A DNA stretch of 64,000 nucleotides from an uncultured Gemmatimonadaceae bacterium. Lineage in GTDB: Bacteria; Gemmatimonadota; Gemmatimonadetes; Gemmatimonadales; Gemmatimonadaceae. This document shows, piece by piece, positions 1 through 9,627 of the stretch. Below the pieces are notes generated by a model that made no database searches, was not told where the DNA came from, and saw only the letters and a list, made by a program, of their open reading frames with translations. The stretch spans positions 608,001 through 672,000 of the forward strand of contig CAVXGK010000002.1 in the NCBI GenBank assembly GCA_963761305.1, in the 5' to 3' direction. How positions within the stretch are numbered: the stretch's first letter is position 1; each line of letters opens with the position of its first letter. The translations under genes were made by a program, and so were the position numbers.

Positions 1-2
1 TC

Positions 3-701
3 GTGCGCGGCGGACACGCGTGGCCCAATCGCACCGAGTTCTTCGAGGCCGTGCCGGCGGCGACGTCGCTCTGGTGGCAGCCGGTGCATCGCGCGCGCAG
101 TCTGGTGGCATCGCGACGGACCGGCGCGAACGACGTGAGCGATGCGAGCGCGTCGTTCGCCCAGGTGAACGCCGAGGTTGGAGCGTTGCTGCACGCCTAC
201 GTGCTCGAACGCGCGCGCAGCCATCGGCCGGCGACCGTCGTCGACGCCTACGCCGGAGCCGGTGCGACGGCAGTCCCGTTGGCGAGCGACGGCGCCCGTG
301 TCACCGCCATCGAGGCCGATCGCGACGCGGCCGCGGCGTGCGCCTCGGCGCTCGCGCCGTTCGCCGGATCGCGCTCGGTTACCGCGCGCGTCGAAGACGT
401 CATCGAGCAGACGCTGCCGGCCGACGTCGTGCTTCTGAATCCGCCGCGGGTCGGCCTCCACGAACGCGTGACCGGCGCGCTGGCATCGACCGAGCCGGCG
501 CCGCGCGCCCTGATCTACGTGAGCTGCGATCCTGCCACGCTCGCCCGCGATCTCACCCGCCTTTCGCGGTTCCGCATCGCCTCGCTCCGCGCGTTCGACA
601 TGTTCCCGCAGACGGCGCACGTCGAGACCGTTTGCGAGCTCGTGCCCGACGCGCTCACGGGGGGGGGACGCCGTGAAGTACTTCGTCTCCGTGAACGGTG
701 A
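3..701 (+). CDS. rlmD: 23S rRNA m5U methyltransferase (RlmD/TrmA family), 5'-truncated by the window edge
   Basis: SAM motif DAYAGAG, motif IV NPPR, catalytic YVSCDPATLARD, FDMFPQTAHVE. Confidence 0.85.
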   Translation: MRGGHAWPNRTEFFEAVPAATSLWWQPVHRARSLVASRRTGANDVSDASASFAQVNAEVGALLHAYVLERARSHRPATVVDAYAGAGATAVPLASDGARVTAIEADRDAAAACASALAPFAGSRSVTARVEDVIEQTLPADVVLLNPPRVGLHERVTGALASTEPAPRALIYVSCDPATLARDLTRLSRFRIASLRAFDMFPQTAHVETVCELVPDALTGGGRREVLRLRER

Positions 702-1170
702 AGACCACCAGGTCACGCTCGACGAGCACGGCGTGCACGTGGACGGCGAGCGCGTGTCGGCGAGCGTCGAGACGATCAACGGCAGTCCGGTGCGCATGGT
801 GACGATCGGCGACGAGGTGCACCGAGTGGTTGTGCGACCTGGGGCGCGCGGTGCATACACCCTGTGGCTGGACGGCTATCGCTTCGAGGTGGAGGCGCTC
901 GACGAGCGGGCGCGCGCGATTCGCGAGCTGTCGGGGAAGAGCGCCGGCCCGACCGGCCCCGCTCCCCTCATCGCGCCGATGCCGGGGCTGATCGTCCGCG
1001 TCAACGCGCAACCGGGCGACGAGGTTCAGGCAGGGCAGGGACTCGTCGTGATGGAAGCGATGAAGATGGAAAACGAGCTTCGCGCTCCGGCGGCCGGCCG
1101 CGTGCGCGCGATTCACGCCGCGCCGGGAACAGCGGTGGAGAAGGGCACGGTGCTGGTCGAGCTGGAGTGA
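673..1170 (+). CDS. Biotin carboxyl carrier protein (acyl-CoA carboxylase subunit)
   Basis: APMPG and EAMKMENE biotinylation motif. Confidence 0.9.
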   Translation: MKYFVSVNGEDHQVTLDEHGVHVDGERVSASVETINGSPVRMVTIGDEVHRVVVRPGARGAYTLWLDGYRFEVEALDERARAIRELSGKSAGPTGPAPLIAPMPGLIVRVNAQPGDEVQAGQGLVVMEAMKMENELRAPAAGRVRAIHAAPGTAVEKGTVLVELE

Positions 1171-1196
1171 ACGTCACGTCATCGCGGAGGGTGCAC

Positions 1197-2084
1197 ATGC
1201 GCAGTTCGATCCTGGGTTCGATGGTCGTCGTCGGTGTGGCGCGTGTGGTGGTCGCGCAGCAGGCTCCGCCGGCGACCGACATCTTTCTCGCGCCGATCTC
1301 GATCTCGGCCGAAGGGCGTCCGGTGATCGGGAAGCCGGTCAACGTCACCAACCGCCCCGGCTACGACAACCAGCCCGCGTTCACGCTCGACAGCAAGAGC
1401 ATTCTCTTCACGTCGATCCACGAGGACGGCCAGGCGGACATCTACCGCTACGACCTCGGCCCGAAGACGGTCAGCCGCGTCACGTCGACGCCGGAGAGCG
1501 AATACTCGGCCACGATCATGCCGGGCGGTCAGCGGTTCTCGGTGATTCGCGTCGAGCGCGATTCGGCGCAGCGCCTCTGGAGCTTCGCCTTCGATGGCTC
1601 CGACCCGCAGTTGCTCGTGCCGCCGGTGAAGCCCGTCGGCTACCACGCGTGGATCGACCCCGACAACCTCGCGCTGTTCGTGCTCGGCAACCCGAACGCG
1701 CTGGTGCATTACGATCTGCGGTCGGGGCACGTCGACACGCTGGCTCGCAACATCGGACGTTCCCTCGCGCCGACGATCGGCGGCGGCGGGTTCTCGTTCA
1801 CCGCGCGCGATTCGACGGGCGCGGTGAAGCTCAAGACGATGGCGTGGCCCTACCAGACGACGACCGACCTCGTCGCGCTTCCGCCCGGCTCCGAGGACAT
1901 CGTCTGGCTGACGCACGACCTCGTCCTGTCGTCGAACGGATCGAAGCTCGTGTCGTGGAAGGCGGGCACCAAGGAATGGCAGGACGCCGTCGACCTCACG
2001 TCAGCGGGCCTGTCGCGAATCTCCCGCCTCGCCGTCAGCCAGGACGGCAAATGGCTGGCGATCGTCGCCGTTCCAACTCCGTAG
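1197..2084 (+). CDS. Secreted TolB-like/PD40 beta-propeller protein
   Basis: SD (CGGAGG) before ATG 1197; signal peptide-like N-terminus; GYDNQPAF and ESEYSAT PD40-like repeats. Confidence 0.7.
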   Translation: MRSSILGSMVVVGVARVVVAQQAPPATDIFLAPISISAEGRPVIGKPVNVTNRPGYDNQPAFTLDSKSILFTSIHEDGQADIYRYDLGPKTVSRVTSTPESEYSATIMPGGQRFSVIRVERDSAQRLWSFAFDGSDPQLLVPPVKPVGYHAWIDPDNLALFVLGNPNALVHYDLRSGHVDTLARNIGRSLAPTIGGGGFSFTARDSTGAVKLKTMAWPYQTTTDLVALPPGSEDIVWLTHDLVLSSNGSKLVSWKAGTKEWQDAVDLTSAGLSRISRLAVSQDGKWLAIVAVPTP

Positions 2085-2106
2085 GAACGGCGACGAACCA
2101 ACCGAC

Positions 2107-2829
2107 TCAGCCCGTCGCGCGCGCCGCCGGCGCCGGGTGCTTCTCGGCGTGATGCTTGATCGTCTTGCCCTCGGCGAGGAATACCGCGTCCTCGCCGATG
2201 TTCGTCGCCAGGTCGGCGACGCGCTCGAGGTTCCGGCTCACGAGCAGCAGCTCGAGCGACGGGGTGATCGTGCGCGCGTCTTCCATCATGTGCGTCACAA
2301 GGATGCGGAACACCGAATTGTGCATCGCGTCCACTTCGTCGTCGGCGCGGCAGACGTCGCGGCCGAGCGCGCCGTCGGCTCGCACGAAGGCGGTGAGCGC
2401 GTCGCGCAGCATCTGACGCGCGCGCCGCGACATCTCGGCGATCTCGGGGTCGGGCGTGATGAGCGTGCTGTTCGACGCCAGCCGCAGCGCGCTCTGCGCG
2501 ATGTTCACTGCGTGGTCCCCCACGCGCTCGAGGTCGTTCGCCACCTTGATCGACGCGATGATGAAGCGAAGGTCGCGCGCCATCGGCTGCTGGAGCGCGA
2601 GCAGCCCGATCGCCTGATCTTCGATCTCGAGCTCGAGCGCGTCCACGTCGCGGTCCGTCGTCAGCACGGCGTCGGCGAGACTGGCGTCGCGGCTCAGCAA
2701 TGCGTCGACCGACAGGTCGAGCAGCGACGTGGCCAGATCCGACATGTCGAGCAGGCGCTGTTTGAGCTGCGCCAGCTGATCGTGAAAATGACGGAAGCCG
2801 GTGGTGCTTGGCTCTACCGACGTGGTCAT
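2107..2829 (-). CDS. phoU: Phosphate signalling complex protein PhoU
   Basis: [22 protein letters not shown] and [15 protein letters not shown] repeats; located in pst operon. Confidence 0.96.
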   Translation of the reverse strand: MTTSVEPSTTGFRHFHDQLAQLKQRLLDMSDLATSLLDLSVDALLSRDASLADAVLTTDRDVDALELEIEDQAIGLLALQQPMARDLRFIIASIKVANDLERVGDHAVNIAQSALRLASNSTLITPDPEIAEMSRRARQMLRDALTAFVRADGALGRDVCRADDEVDAMHNSVFRILVTHMMEDARTITPSLELLLVSRNLERVADLATNIGEDAVFLAEGKTIKHHAEKHPAPAARATG

Positions 2830-3629
2830 CCAAACCTCCCAGTGATGTACGCCTCGGTGCGCTCGTTCGACGGGCTCGTGAACATCTTGTCCGTCGCTCC
2901 CGACTCGATGAGCTGTCCGAGGTAGAAAAAGGCCGTGACGTCGGAAACGCGCGCGGCTTGCTGCAAATTGTGTGTGACGATGACGATCGTCAGATCCCGG
3001 CGCAATTCATACACCAGTTCTTCGACACTTTGCGTCGCGATCGGATCCAGCGCGCTCGCCGGCTCGTCGAGCAACAGCACGTCGGGCTCGTTGGCCAACG
3101 CGCGGGCGATGCACAAACGCTGCTGCTGGCCGCCCGACAGCGCCAGTGCGCTGTCGCGGAGACGCGTCTTCACCTCTTCCCACAGCGCGGCGCGGCGCAG
3201 CGCCGATTCGACGATCGCGTCGAGATCCCCGCGCTTGCTCACTCCGCCGATTCGCGGACCGTAGGCGACGTTGTCGTAGATGGACTTCGGAAACGGATTC
3301 CAGCGCTGAAACACCATCCCCACACGGCGGCGCAGCGAGACGGGATCTTTGTCGGCGAAGACGTCACCGCCGTCCACGCGGATCGAGCCCTCGTGGCGCA
3401 CGCCCGGCAGCAGCGCGTTCATGCGGTTGATCGACCGCAGGAAAGTCGACTTCCCGCAGCCCGACGGGCCGACGAGCGCTGTGACGGTACGCGGCTGCAT
3501 CGAGAGCGTGATGCCATGGAGTGCCTGCTTCTCGCCGTACCAGAAAGAGAAGTTCTCGGCTTCCACCGACCCACGGCTCCCCGCGGTGGGCTGCGACTCG
3601 CGCGGTGGTTCGACCATGATCGCGCTCAC
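2826..3629 (-). CDS. pstB: Phosphate ABC transporter ATPase PstB (copy 2)
   Basis: [26 protein letters not shown]-terminal YITGRFG. Confidence 0.95.
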   Translation of the reverse strand: MSAIMVEPPRESQPTAGSRGSVEAENFSFWYGEKQALHGITLSMQPRTVTALVGPSGCGKSTFLRSINRMNALLPGVRHEGSIRVDGGDVFADKDPVSLRRRVGMVFQRWNPFPKSIYDNVAYGPRIGGVSKRGDLDAIVESALRRAALWEEVKTRLRDSALALSGGQQQRLCIARALANEPDVLLLDEPASALDPIATQSVEELVYELRRDLTIVIVTHNLQQAARVSDVTAFFYLGQLIESGATDKMFTSPSNERTEAYITGRFG

Positions 3630-4483
3630 CCGAACCGTCCGGTGACGTAGGCTTCCGTGCGTGGGTCGCTCGGCGCCGTGAACATGGTATTCGTCGCCGC
3701 GAACTCGACGAGCTCGCCCGTCAGCATGAACGCCGTCTTGTCCGAGATGCGCGCCGCCTGCTGCATGTTGTGCGTCACGATGATGATCGTTACTTCGGCG
3801 CGTAGCTCGTACACGAGCTCCTCAACGCGCTGTGTGCTGATCGGATCGAGGGAGGCCGTCGGCTCGTCGAGAAGGATCACCGTCGGCGACGTCGCGAGCG
3901 CTCGCGCGATACACAGGCGCTGTTGCTGGCCGCCCGAAAGGGCGATGGCACTCGATGATAACCGGTCGCGGACCTCCTCCCACAGGGCCGCTCGCCGCAA
4001 CGCCCGCTCGACGAGGTCGTCGGTCTCGCGGCGCGATGGGCGCTGACTTCGAGGAAGCACGGCCAGCCCAGCGGCGACGTTGTCGCGGATGGACATCGTC
4101 GGGAAAGGCGTGGGTCGCTGGAACACCATCCCGATGTGACGCCGAACCCCAATCGGGCTCACACCCGGTGCGTAGATGTCGCGCCCCTGAAAACGCACCT
4201 CGCCCTCGACGCGAGCGCCTGGAACGGTCTCGTGCATGCGGTTGATGCAACGGAGCAGAGTCGACTTCCCGCAGCCGGACGGGCCGATGATCGCCGTGAC
4301 CTGCCCAGTTTGAACGCCGAACGACACGTCACGCACGACGCGCGAAGCGCCGAAGTACGCGTCGAGCGACTCGACGGCGACGCACTCCGAACTATCTGGG
4401 GCCGGCGGTCTGGCTGGCTCAGGCATGGCCGAAATCATCTTGGCGCGATCCGGGGTTCGCGCACTTCGTGAAGCCGACGCCAT
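3626..4483 (-). CDS. pstB: Phosphate ABC transporter ATPase PstB (copy 1)
   Basis: Walker [30 protein letters not shown] 4483 has a GAGGA SD (ORF-track start at 4741 overlaps pstA). Confidence 0.93.
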   Translation of the reverse strand: MASASRSARTPDRAKMISAMPEPARPPAPDSSECVAVESLDAYFGASRVVRDVSFGVQTGQVTAIIGPSGCGKSTLLRCINRMHETVPGARVEGEVRFQGRDIYAPGVSPIGVRRHIGMVFQRPTPFPTMSIRDNVAAGLAVLPRSQRPSRRETDDLVERALRRAALWEEVRDRLSSSAIALSGGQQQRLCIARALATSPTVILLDEPTASLDPISTQRVEELVYELRAEVTIIIVTHNMQQAARISDKTAFMLTGELVEFAATNTMFTAPSDPRTEAYVTGRFG

Positions 4484-4487
4484 ATCC

Positions 4488-5417
4488 TCAATCTCCGCCG
4501 AGGCCGAAGCGAGATCGGGTCGCGAATCGGGCAGCGACGCTGATGACGAGGACGAGTCCGATGAGGACAAGCGCCCCGGCCCAAGCCTTGGCGTGCCAAT
4601 CGTCGTAGGCGGATTGCGCATAATAGTAGATCTGGAGAGGCAGGGCCGAAATCGGCTGCACTGGTGAGACAGACCAAAACGCATTGCCGAGCGCGGTGAA
4701 CAGCAGCGGCGCCGTTTCACCCGCGATTCGGGCGACGGCAACGAGAGCGCCGGTAACTATCCCTGGCAGCGCAGTTCGTAGCGCGATGTTGAGAGAGGTG
4801 CGCCACTTCGTGTAGCCGAGCGCCAGCGCCGCTTCGCGCATCGACACCGGCACGAGCCGAATCATCTCCTCGGTCGTGCGAGCAACGAGCGGGATCATCA
4901 TCGCGGCCAACGCCACGCCCCCGGCCAGCGCCGAAAAATGCTTGAACGGCTTCACGAGGAGCTGCCAGGCGAAGATCCCAAGGACGATCGACGGCAGGCC
5001 GTTGAGCACGTCGGAGAGGAAGCGAACCGTCATTGCCAGTTTTGCGGTCCGTTGCTCTGCGAGGAAGAGCCCGGCTCCGATCCCGACGGGCAGTCCGATG
5101 GCCGAGGCGATCACGACCAGCACCAGGCTTCCCACGATCGAGTTGGCCATTCCGCCGCCGGCCTCGCCGGCCGCGACGGGCATCTGCGTGAAGAAGTGCA
5201 GGTTGATCGAGGATGCTCCCGCCTTTAGCAGGTGGCCGATGATCAAGACCAGGGGAACCGTGGCTGCGAACGCGGAGACCCAGGTCAGCGTCAGCATCAC
5301 GTAGTTCACGATTCGCCGGCGCGGCAAACTTCGTCGGGCGCTCTTGTTCAACAGCTCCCTGTACGATGCGGTCTGTGTCGGGCGCGCGTTCGTGGGGCCA
5401 GCCGCCATCGCGCTCAC
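4488..5417 (-). CDS. pstA: Phosphate ABC transporter permease PstA
   Basis: GLPSIVLG, REAALALG, ARIAGETAPLLFT. Confidence 0.95.
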   Translation of the reverse strand: MSAMAAGPTNARPTQTASYRELLNKSARRSLPRRRIVNYVMLTLTWVSAFAATVPLVLIIGHLLKAGASSINLHFFTQMPVAAGEAGGGMANSIVGSLVLVVIASAIGLPVGIGAGLFLAEQRTAKLAMTVRFLSDVLNGLPSIVLGIFAWQLLVKPFKHFSALAGGVALAAMMIPLVARTTEEMIRLVPVSMREAALALGYTKWRTSLNIALRTALPGIVTGALVAVARIAGETAPLLFTALGNAFWSVSPVQPISALPLQIYYYAQSAYDDWHAKAWAGALVLIGLVLVISVAARFATRSRFGLGGD

Positions 5418-6397
5418 CGTCCGGTCCCCCGTTCCACCTGCCAGACCAGCCAGCGGGCGATGATGTTGACAATGAGCGCAATCACGAACAGGCCGGCGCC
5501 GACGGCCATCAACGCCGACACGTGAAAGTCGTTGGTCGCCTCAGAGAATTGGTTTGCGATCACGGACGCCATCGTGTATCCGGGCGCAAAAAGCGACGCC
5601 GATATCAGATGGCGGTTTCCGATCACCATCGTGACCGCCATCGTTTCTCCAAGCGCGCGTCCGAGCCCCAAAATGATTCCGCCGACGATTCCAGACCGCG
5701 CGAAGGGCAGCACTGCGTCCCAAATCATCTCCCAGCGCGTCGCGCCGAGTGCGAGCGCCGCCTCACGCTGCGATCGCGGCACCGCCATCAAAACCTCTCG
5801 CGTCACCGCGGAGATGTAGGGCAGCACCATGATCGAGAGGATGCACCCGGCGGCCAGCATGCTCGGCCCATACATCGGACCGGAGAACAACGGAAAGTTC
5901 TCGAGATGCAGTGTGTACTTCAGAAACGGGGTCACGTCGTCGCGCAAGAACGGAACGAGAACGAAGATTCCCCAGATGCCGTAGACGACGCTCGGAATTG
6001 CCGCGAGCAGGTCGACAAAAAAGGCGAGGGGCTGCCGCATCCACCGGGGCGCAAACTCGGACATAAAGATGGCAACGCCGAGTGCGAGCGGAGTCGCGAT
6101 GAGAAGCGCCAGAGCCGAAGACACGATCGTGCCGAAAACCGCCGGCGCAGCTCCAAAGTGTCCCTTTACCGCGTCCCACTCGCTTCCCGTGAAGAAGCTC
6201 ACCCCAAACTGATGGAGCGCAGGCCACCCGGCGATAAATACCTCGGCCGCAATGAGGAGCATCAACAGCGGAATGAAGAGCGCGAACGCCGTCGTGGTGA
6301 CGCGATAGATACGATCGCCACTAGATGACCCGGCCATGGGCTTAGTCGCAGCAACGGCCGAGGACGACGACGTCGGCGGCGGCGCGCTCGGCGTCAT
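5414..6397 (-). CDS. pstC: Phosphate ABC transporter permease PstC (start uncertain, 6338-6415)
   Basis: LLAAIPSVVYGIWG, GRALGETMAVTMVIGN. Confidence 0.94.
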   Translation of the reverse strand: MTPSAPPPTSSSSAVAATKPMAGSSSGDRIYRVTTTAFALFIPLLMLLIAAEVFIAGWPALHQFGVSFFTGSEWDAVKGHFGAAPAVFGTIVSSALALLIATPLALGVAIFMSEFAPRWMRQPLAFFVDLLAAIPSVVYGIWGIFVLVPFLRDDVTPFLKYTLHLENFPLFSGPMYGPSMLAAGCILSIMVLPYISAVTREVLMAVPRSQREAALALGATRWEMIWDAVLPFARSGIVGGIILGLGRALGETMAVTMVIGNRHLISASLFAPGYTMASVIANQFSEATNDFHVSALMAVGAGLFVIALIVNIIARWLVWQVERGTGR

Positions 6398-6574
6398 CGG
6401 AATACTTTCGCTCACCGGCCGAGCCCGGCGGGGCCGAGCGGGGTCATTCGGTCCGCGAGACCGATCCTCTCCCAAACGCGTTCGTGACAACCGGAGTTCG
6501 GTCGACTCTGCAAGCTTCCCCCCAAGTGGGCACGGGTGTTCTGCGAACCATCCGCGCCCACTGCAACCTTGCCG

Positions 6575-6600
6575 GTAACGTCATGTAACGGGCGGGTAAC
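6575..6600 (-). promoter_or_regulatory. Candidate Pho box upstream of pstC
   Basis: Minus strand GTTAC-ccgccc-GTTAC-atgac-GTTAC, direct repeats at 11 and 10 bp spacing. Confidence 0.5.
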
Positions 6601-6745
6601 GACTGCCGGGCTGCACGCTTGGGAATCGCGTGGGCCACCGGTCGCGGTGCCAATTCCAGAGCCGGCGCGCAGCTACGACTCTTGGGGCGGAGCCGCGCAG
6701 TTGGGTGACGGGATCGGAAACGCCGCCGAGTGGGAGCCGTCCCGA

Positions 6746-6783
6746 GTGACGCAAGTGTTACACGAGACGACGGAGTCCTTTAC
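6746..6783 (+). promoter_or_regulatory. Candidate Pho box upstream of pstS
   Basis: GTGAC (6746), GTTAC (6757) and TTTAC (6779) lie on an 11-bp register. Confidence 0.4.
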
Positions 6784-6835
6784 GCCGACCGGGGACGTTC
6801 ATCGTAACCACCCCCAATTCAACCAAGGAGCAATC

Positions 6836-7876
6836 GTGATTGCACGCGTATTGAAACTCGCCGGCCTCGTCGTTGGCGGCGCGTTCGCGCTCACGGCGCC
6901 GGCGTCGGGACAAGATCTCAACGGAGCAGGTGCGACCTTCCCGTACCCGATCTATGACAAGTGGTTTAAGGAATACGCAGCCAAGACCGGAGTTCGGATC
7001 AACTACCAATCGATCGGATCCGGCGGCGGCGTTCGGCAGTTCACCGAAGGTACGGTCGACTTCGGCGCCTCCGACGCGCCGATGAGCGATGAGGAGCTTT
7101 CGAAGCTGAAAGGTCCGGCACTACACGTTCCAATGGTGCTCGGAGCCGACGTGATCACGTACAATCTGCCTGATGTGATGAAGCCCCTGAACTTCACCGG
7201 GCAGCTCATCGCGGACATCTACATGGGCAAGGTGACGAAATGGAACGCGCCGGAGATCGCGGCCCTGAACAAGGGCGTGAACCTTCCGAATCGCGACATT
7301 GTCGTCGTGCACCGGTCCGACGGCAGCGGAACGACGTACATCTTCACCGACTACCTGACCGCTGTCAGCCCGGAATGGGCGAAAGGTCCAGGGCGTGGCA
7401 AGGACGTCCAATGGCCGGCCGGACTCGGCGGGAAAGGCAACGAGGGCGTCTCGGGACAGGTGAAGCAAACGCCCGGGGCGATCGGCTATGTGGAGCTTGC
7501 GTATGCGCGGCAGAACAAGCTTCCGATCGGCAACGTAAAGAACGCCGCAGGGGATTTCGTCGCTCCGTCGATCGCATCTATCGTCGCAGCGGCCGCCGCG
7601 TCCGCGTCAAAGGTCGCCTCGAGCCCTGACCTTCGCGTCTCCTTCGTCAATGCGTCAGGTAAGGACTCGTACCCGATTTCGTCCTGGACCTACATCCTGC
7701 TCTATCAGAACCAGGCCGACCCCCAGAAAGGAAAGAAGCTGCTCGACTTCCTTCACTGGGCCCTGCATGACGGCCAGAAAGAGGTGGAGTCACTCGACTA
7801 CGGGCCACTTCCGCCGGCCGTGGTCGCGCAGCTCGATAGGCGACTGGCCACCGTCAAGAACGTCGCGATGAAGTGA
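6836..7876 (+). CDS. pstS: Phosphate-binding protein PstS
   Basis: AAGGAG SD then GTG 6836; GAGATFPYP, YQSIGSGGG, DFGASDAPM, RSDGSGTT. Confidence 0.96.
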   Translation: MIARVLKLAGLVVGGAFALTAPASGQDLNGAGATFPYPIYDKWFKEYAAKTGVRINYQSIGSGGGVRQFTEGTVDFGASDAPMSDEELSKLKGPALHVPMVLGADVITYNLPDVMKPLNFTGQLIADIYMGKVTKWNAPEIAALNKGVNLPNRDIVVVHRSDGSGTTYIFTDYLTAVSPEWAKGPGRGKDVQWPAGLGGKGNEGVSGQVKQTPGAIGYVELAYARQNKLPIGNVKNAAGDFVAPSIASIVAAAAASASKVASSPDLRVSFVNASGKDSYPISSWTYILLYQNQADPQKGKKLLDFLHWALHDGQKEVESLDYGPLPPAVVAQLDRRLATVKNVAMK

Positions 7877-7891
7877 CAAACGTAGCAGCGA

Positions 7892-7935
7892 ACAATGCGG
7901 CCGGCGATCCGACGTCGCCGGCCGCATTGTGTGTT
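7892..7935 (+). terminator. Hairpin after pstS
   Basis: Perfect 16-bp stem acaatgcggccggcga/tcgccggccgcattgt with a weak U tail. Confidence 0.65.
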
Positions 7936-8071
7936 GGGCCTGGAAGGCACGTTGCGTCCGGCACGCGCGCCGACGGCCCGGAACACCGGTCGCGCACACT
8001 AACGAGCAATCGCCATCGCGCTGCGTCGCAAAAGGGACGTCGACCGCCGGACCAACTCACGCCGGTACGCT

Positions 8072-8087
8072 GTTACGCCGCCGTTAC
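8072..8087 (+). promoter_or_regulatory. Candidate Pho box upstream of the porin gene
   Basis: GTTAC-gccgcc-GTTAC, 11-bp period. Confidence 0.5.
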
Positions 8088-8204
8088 CGGTGCGTGAACG
8101 GCGAGCGACAAGTTTGCCGCAAGTTCGGACTGCTGTGACGGAACCGGTAACACCGGCCGGGTCCGCGTTGTCTCATCTTCCCCAGCAGAGAGACTCCCCC
8201 CTCA

Positions 8205-9545
8205 ATGACTCCACGCTCTGCGCGTCTGATCGCCATTGCCGCTGCAATCGCGATCGTGCCCGGCCTCCGGGCCAACGCCCAAACCCCGACGGGCCCGGGG
8301 CCGGCGCCGGCCGCTACACCCGGATTCGACTTCTCCGGCGTCATCTTCGGCAACTGGCAGGTCAAGACCGATTCGGCATCGAAAGCGAATCTCGGCGGTT
8401 CGGCTCCAAACTTATTCGACGTTGGCCGCGCGTACCTGACGTTCCGCATGCCGGCCGGCGACAACGGGGCCATTCGCATCACGACCGACATATTCCAGAA
8501 CACGAATCCCGCGCAGAACACCTACTATCAGGGCTGGGTGGTTCGCCTCAAGTACGCGTACGCCCAGTACACGGGCCTTCGCAACGAGTGGGGCCCCGGT
8601 TCCAGCCTCGTAGGCCGCATCGGCATGCTGCATACCGTCGCCATCGACTACACGGAGTCCCTCTGGCCGCGCTACCTCATAACGACGCCGATCGAGAGGA
8701 ATACGTTCTTCTCGTCCGCGGACGTCGGAGTCGCGGCCCTCGGGACGCTCGGGAATAGATGGGGTGAGATCTACGCCACGCTTACGAACGGCAGCGCCTA
8801 CACCAGCTACGACAACCCGGGCGCCGCCGGGCAGGCCCAACCGGTGACCGCCAACCGCTTCAAGGACTTCGGTCTTCGTGCGACGATCACGCCGTTCGCC
8901 CACGAAGCGGACCTGTCGCACTACCTGCGGTATTTCGCCATCACGCCGTGGTTCTACAAGGGCTGGAACGGCAGTGCCTTCCAGTCCGGGGGAGCCGGAG
9001 AAGTGGGTCCCGGAACGAACGGTGCGATTACCGACGGCCTGCAGCGTGACCGATTTGGCCTGAACTTGGCCCTGAGGGACTCGTCTCTTTGCGATTTTCG
9101 CACCGGCGGCCGTTGTCGGTTCGTCCTGGCGGGCGAATATGATCAACGCAGGGACGGCAGCGACAATGGGGGCAACACCGTCGCAAGCCCGCGCGTGGTC
9201 CACGACTCGACCGGGGGTCTTTTCGCCGGCTGGATATTCCTGCGACCGGTCGAGGTCTTCGACCCGTCGCAGCACTCGCCGTTCAGCATCGTCTTGCGGT
9301 ACGACCATTTCACGCCGCAGACGGACCCCAATTCGAGCGTTCCGGGCGCCGCCAACTACGCCGGTACCACACCGGCATACAGCTTTGTCGTCCTCGGCGC
9401 TTCCTGGGACGTGAACCAGAAAATCACCCTTACCGCGGATTGGCAGAACCAGTCGCCAACCGATTTCCCCGCGCCGATCGGCACAAACGTGAAGCCGACA
9501 CCTCAAAACTCAATCTTCTTCCTTCACTTCGTGGTGAACTTCTAG
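8205..9545 (+). CDS. Outer-membrane beta-barrel protein, putative phosphate porin
   Basis: Signal peptide; FDVGRAYL and VRLKYAYAQY amphipathic strands; C-terminal FFLHFVVNF; directly after pstS. Confidence 0.7.
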   Translation: MTPRSARLIAIAAAIAIVPGLRANAQTPTGPGPAPAATPGFDFSGVIFGNWQVKTDSASKANLGGSAPNLFDVGRAYLTFRMPAGDNGAIRITTDIFQNTNPAQNTYYQGWVVRLKYAYAQYTGLRNEWGPGSSLVGRIGMLHTVAIDYTESLWPRYLITTPIERNTFFSSADVGVAALGTLGNRWGEIYATLTNGSAYTSYDNPGAAGQAQPVTANRFKDFGLRATITPFAHEADLSHYLRYFAITPWFYKGWNGSAFQSGGAGEVGPGTNGAITDGLQRDRFGLNLALRDSSLCDFRTGGRCRFVLAGEYDQRRDGSDNGGNTVASPRVVHDSTGGLFAGWIFLRPVEVFDPSQHSPFSIVLRYDHFTPQTDPNSSVPGAANYAGTTPAYSFVVLGASWDVNQKITLTADWQNQSPTDFPAPIGTNVKPTPQNSIFFLHFVVNF

Positions 9546-9581
9546 GCAACTGGGACCGAGAGTCGGGTTCCGGCTCGAGAC

Positions 9582-9619
9582 GACGGCGGCCCGGCTTAAA
9601 TGTTAGCCGGGCCGCCGTC
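9582..9619. terminator. Hairpin between the convergent porin and TolC genes
   Basis: 15-bp perfect stem gacggcggcccggct/agccgggccgccgtc. Confidence 0.7.
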
Positions 9620-9627
9620 AATTCCGG

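Noticed and set aside
433..450. NPPR instead of DPPR in the methyltransferase as inactivation
   Set aside because: NPPR occurs in active family members such as RlmC, and the catalytic Cys and Glu motifs are intact
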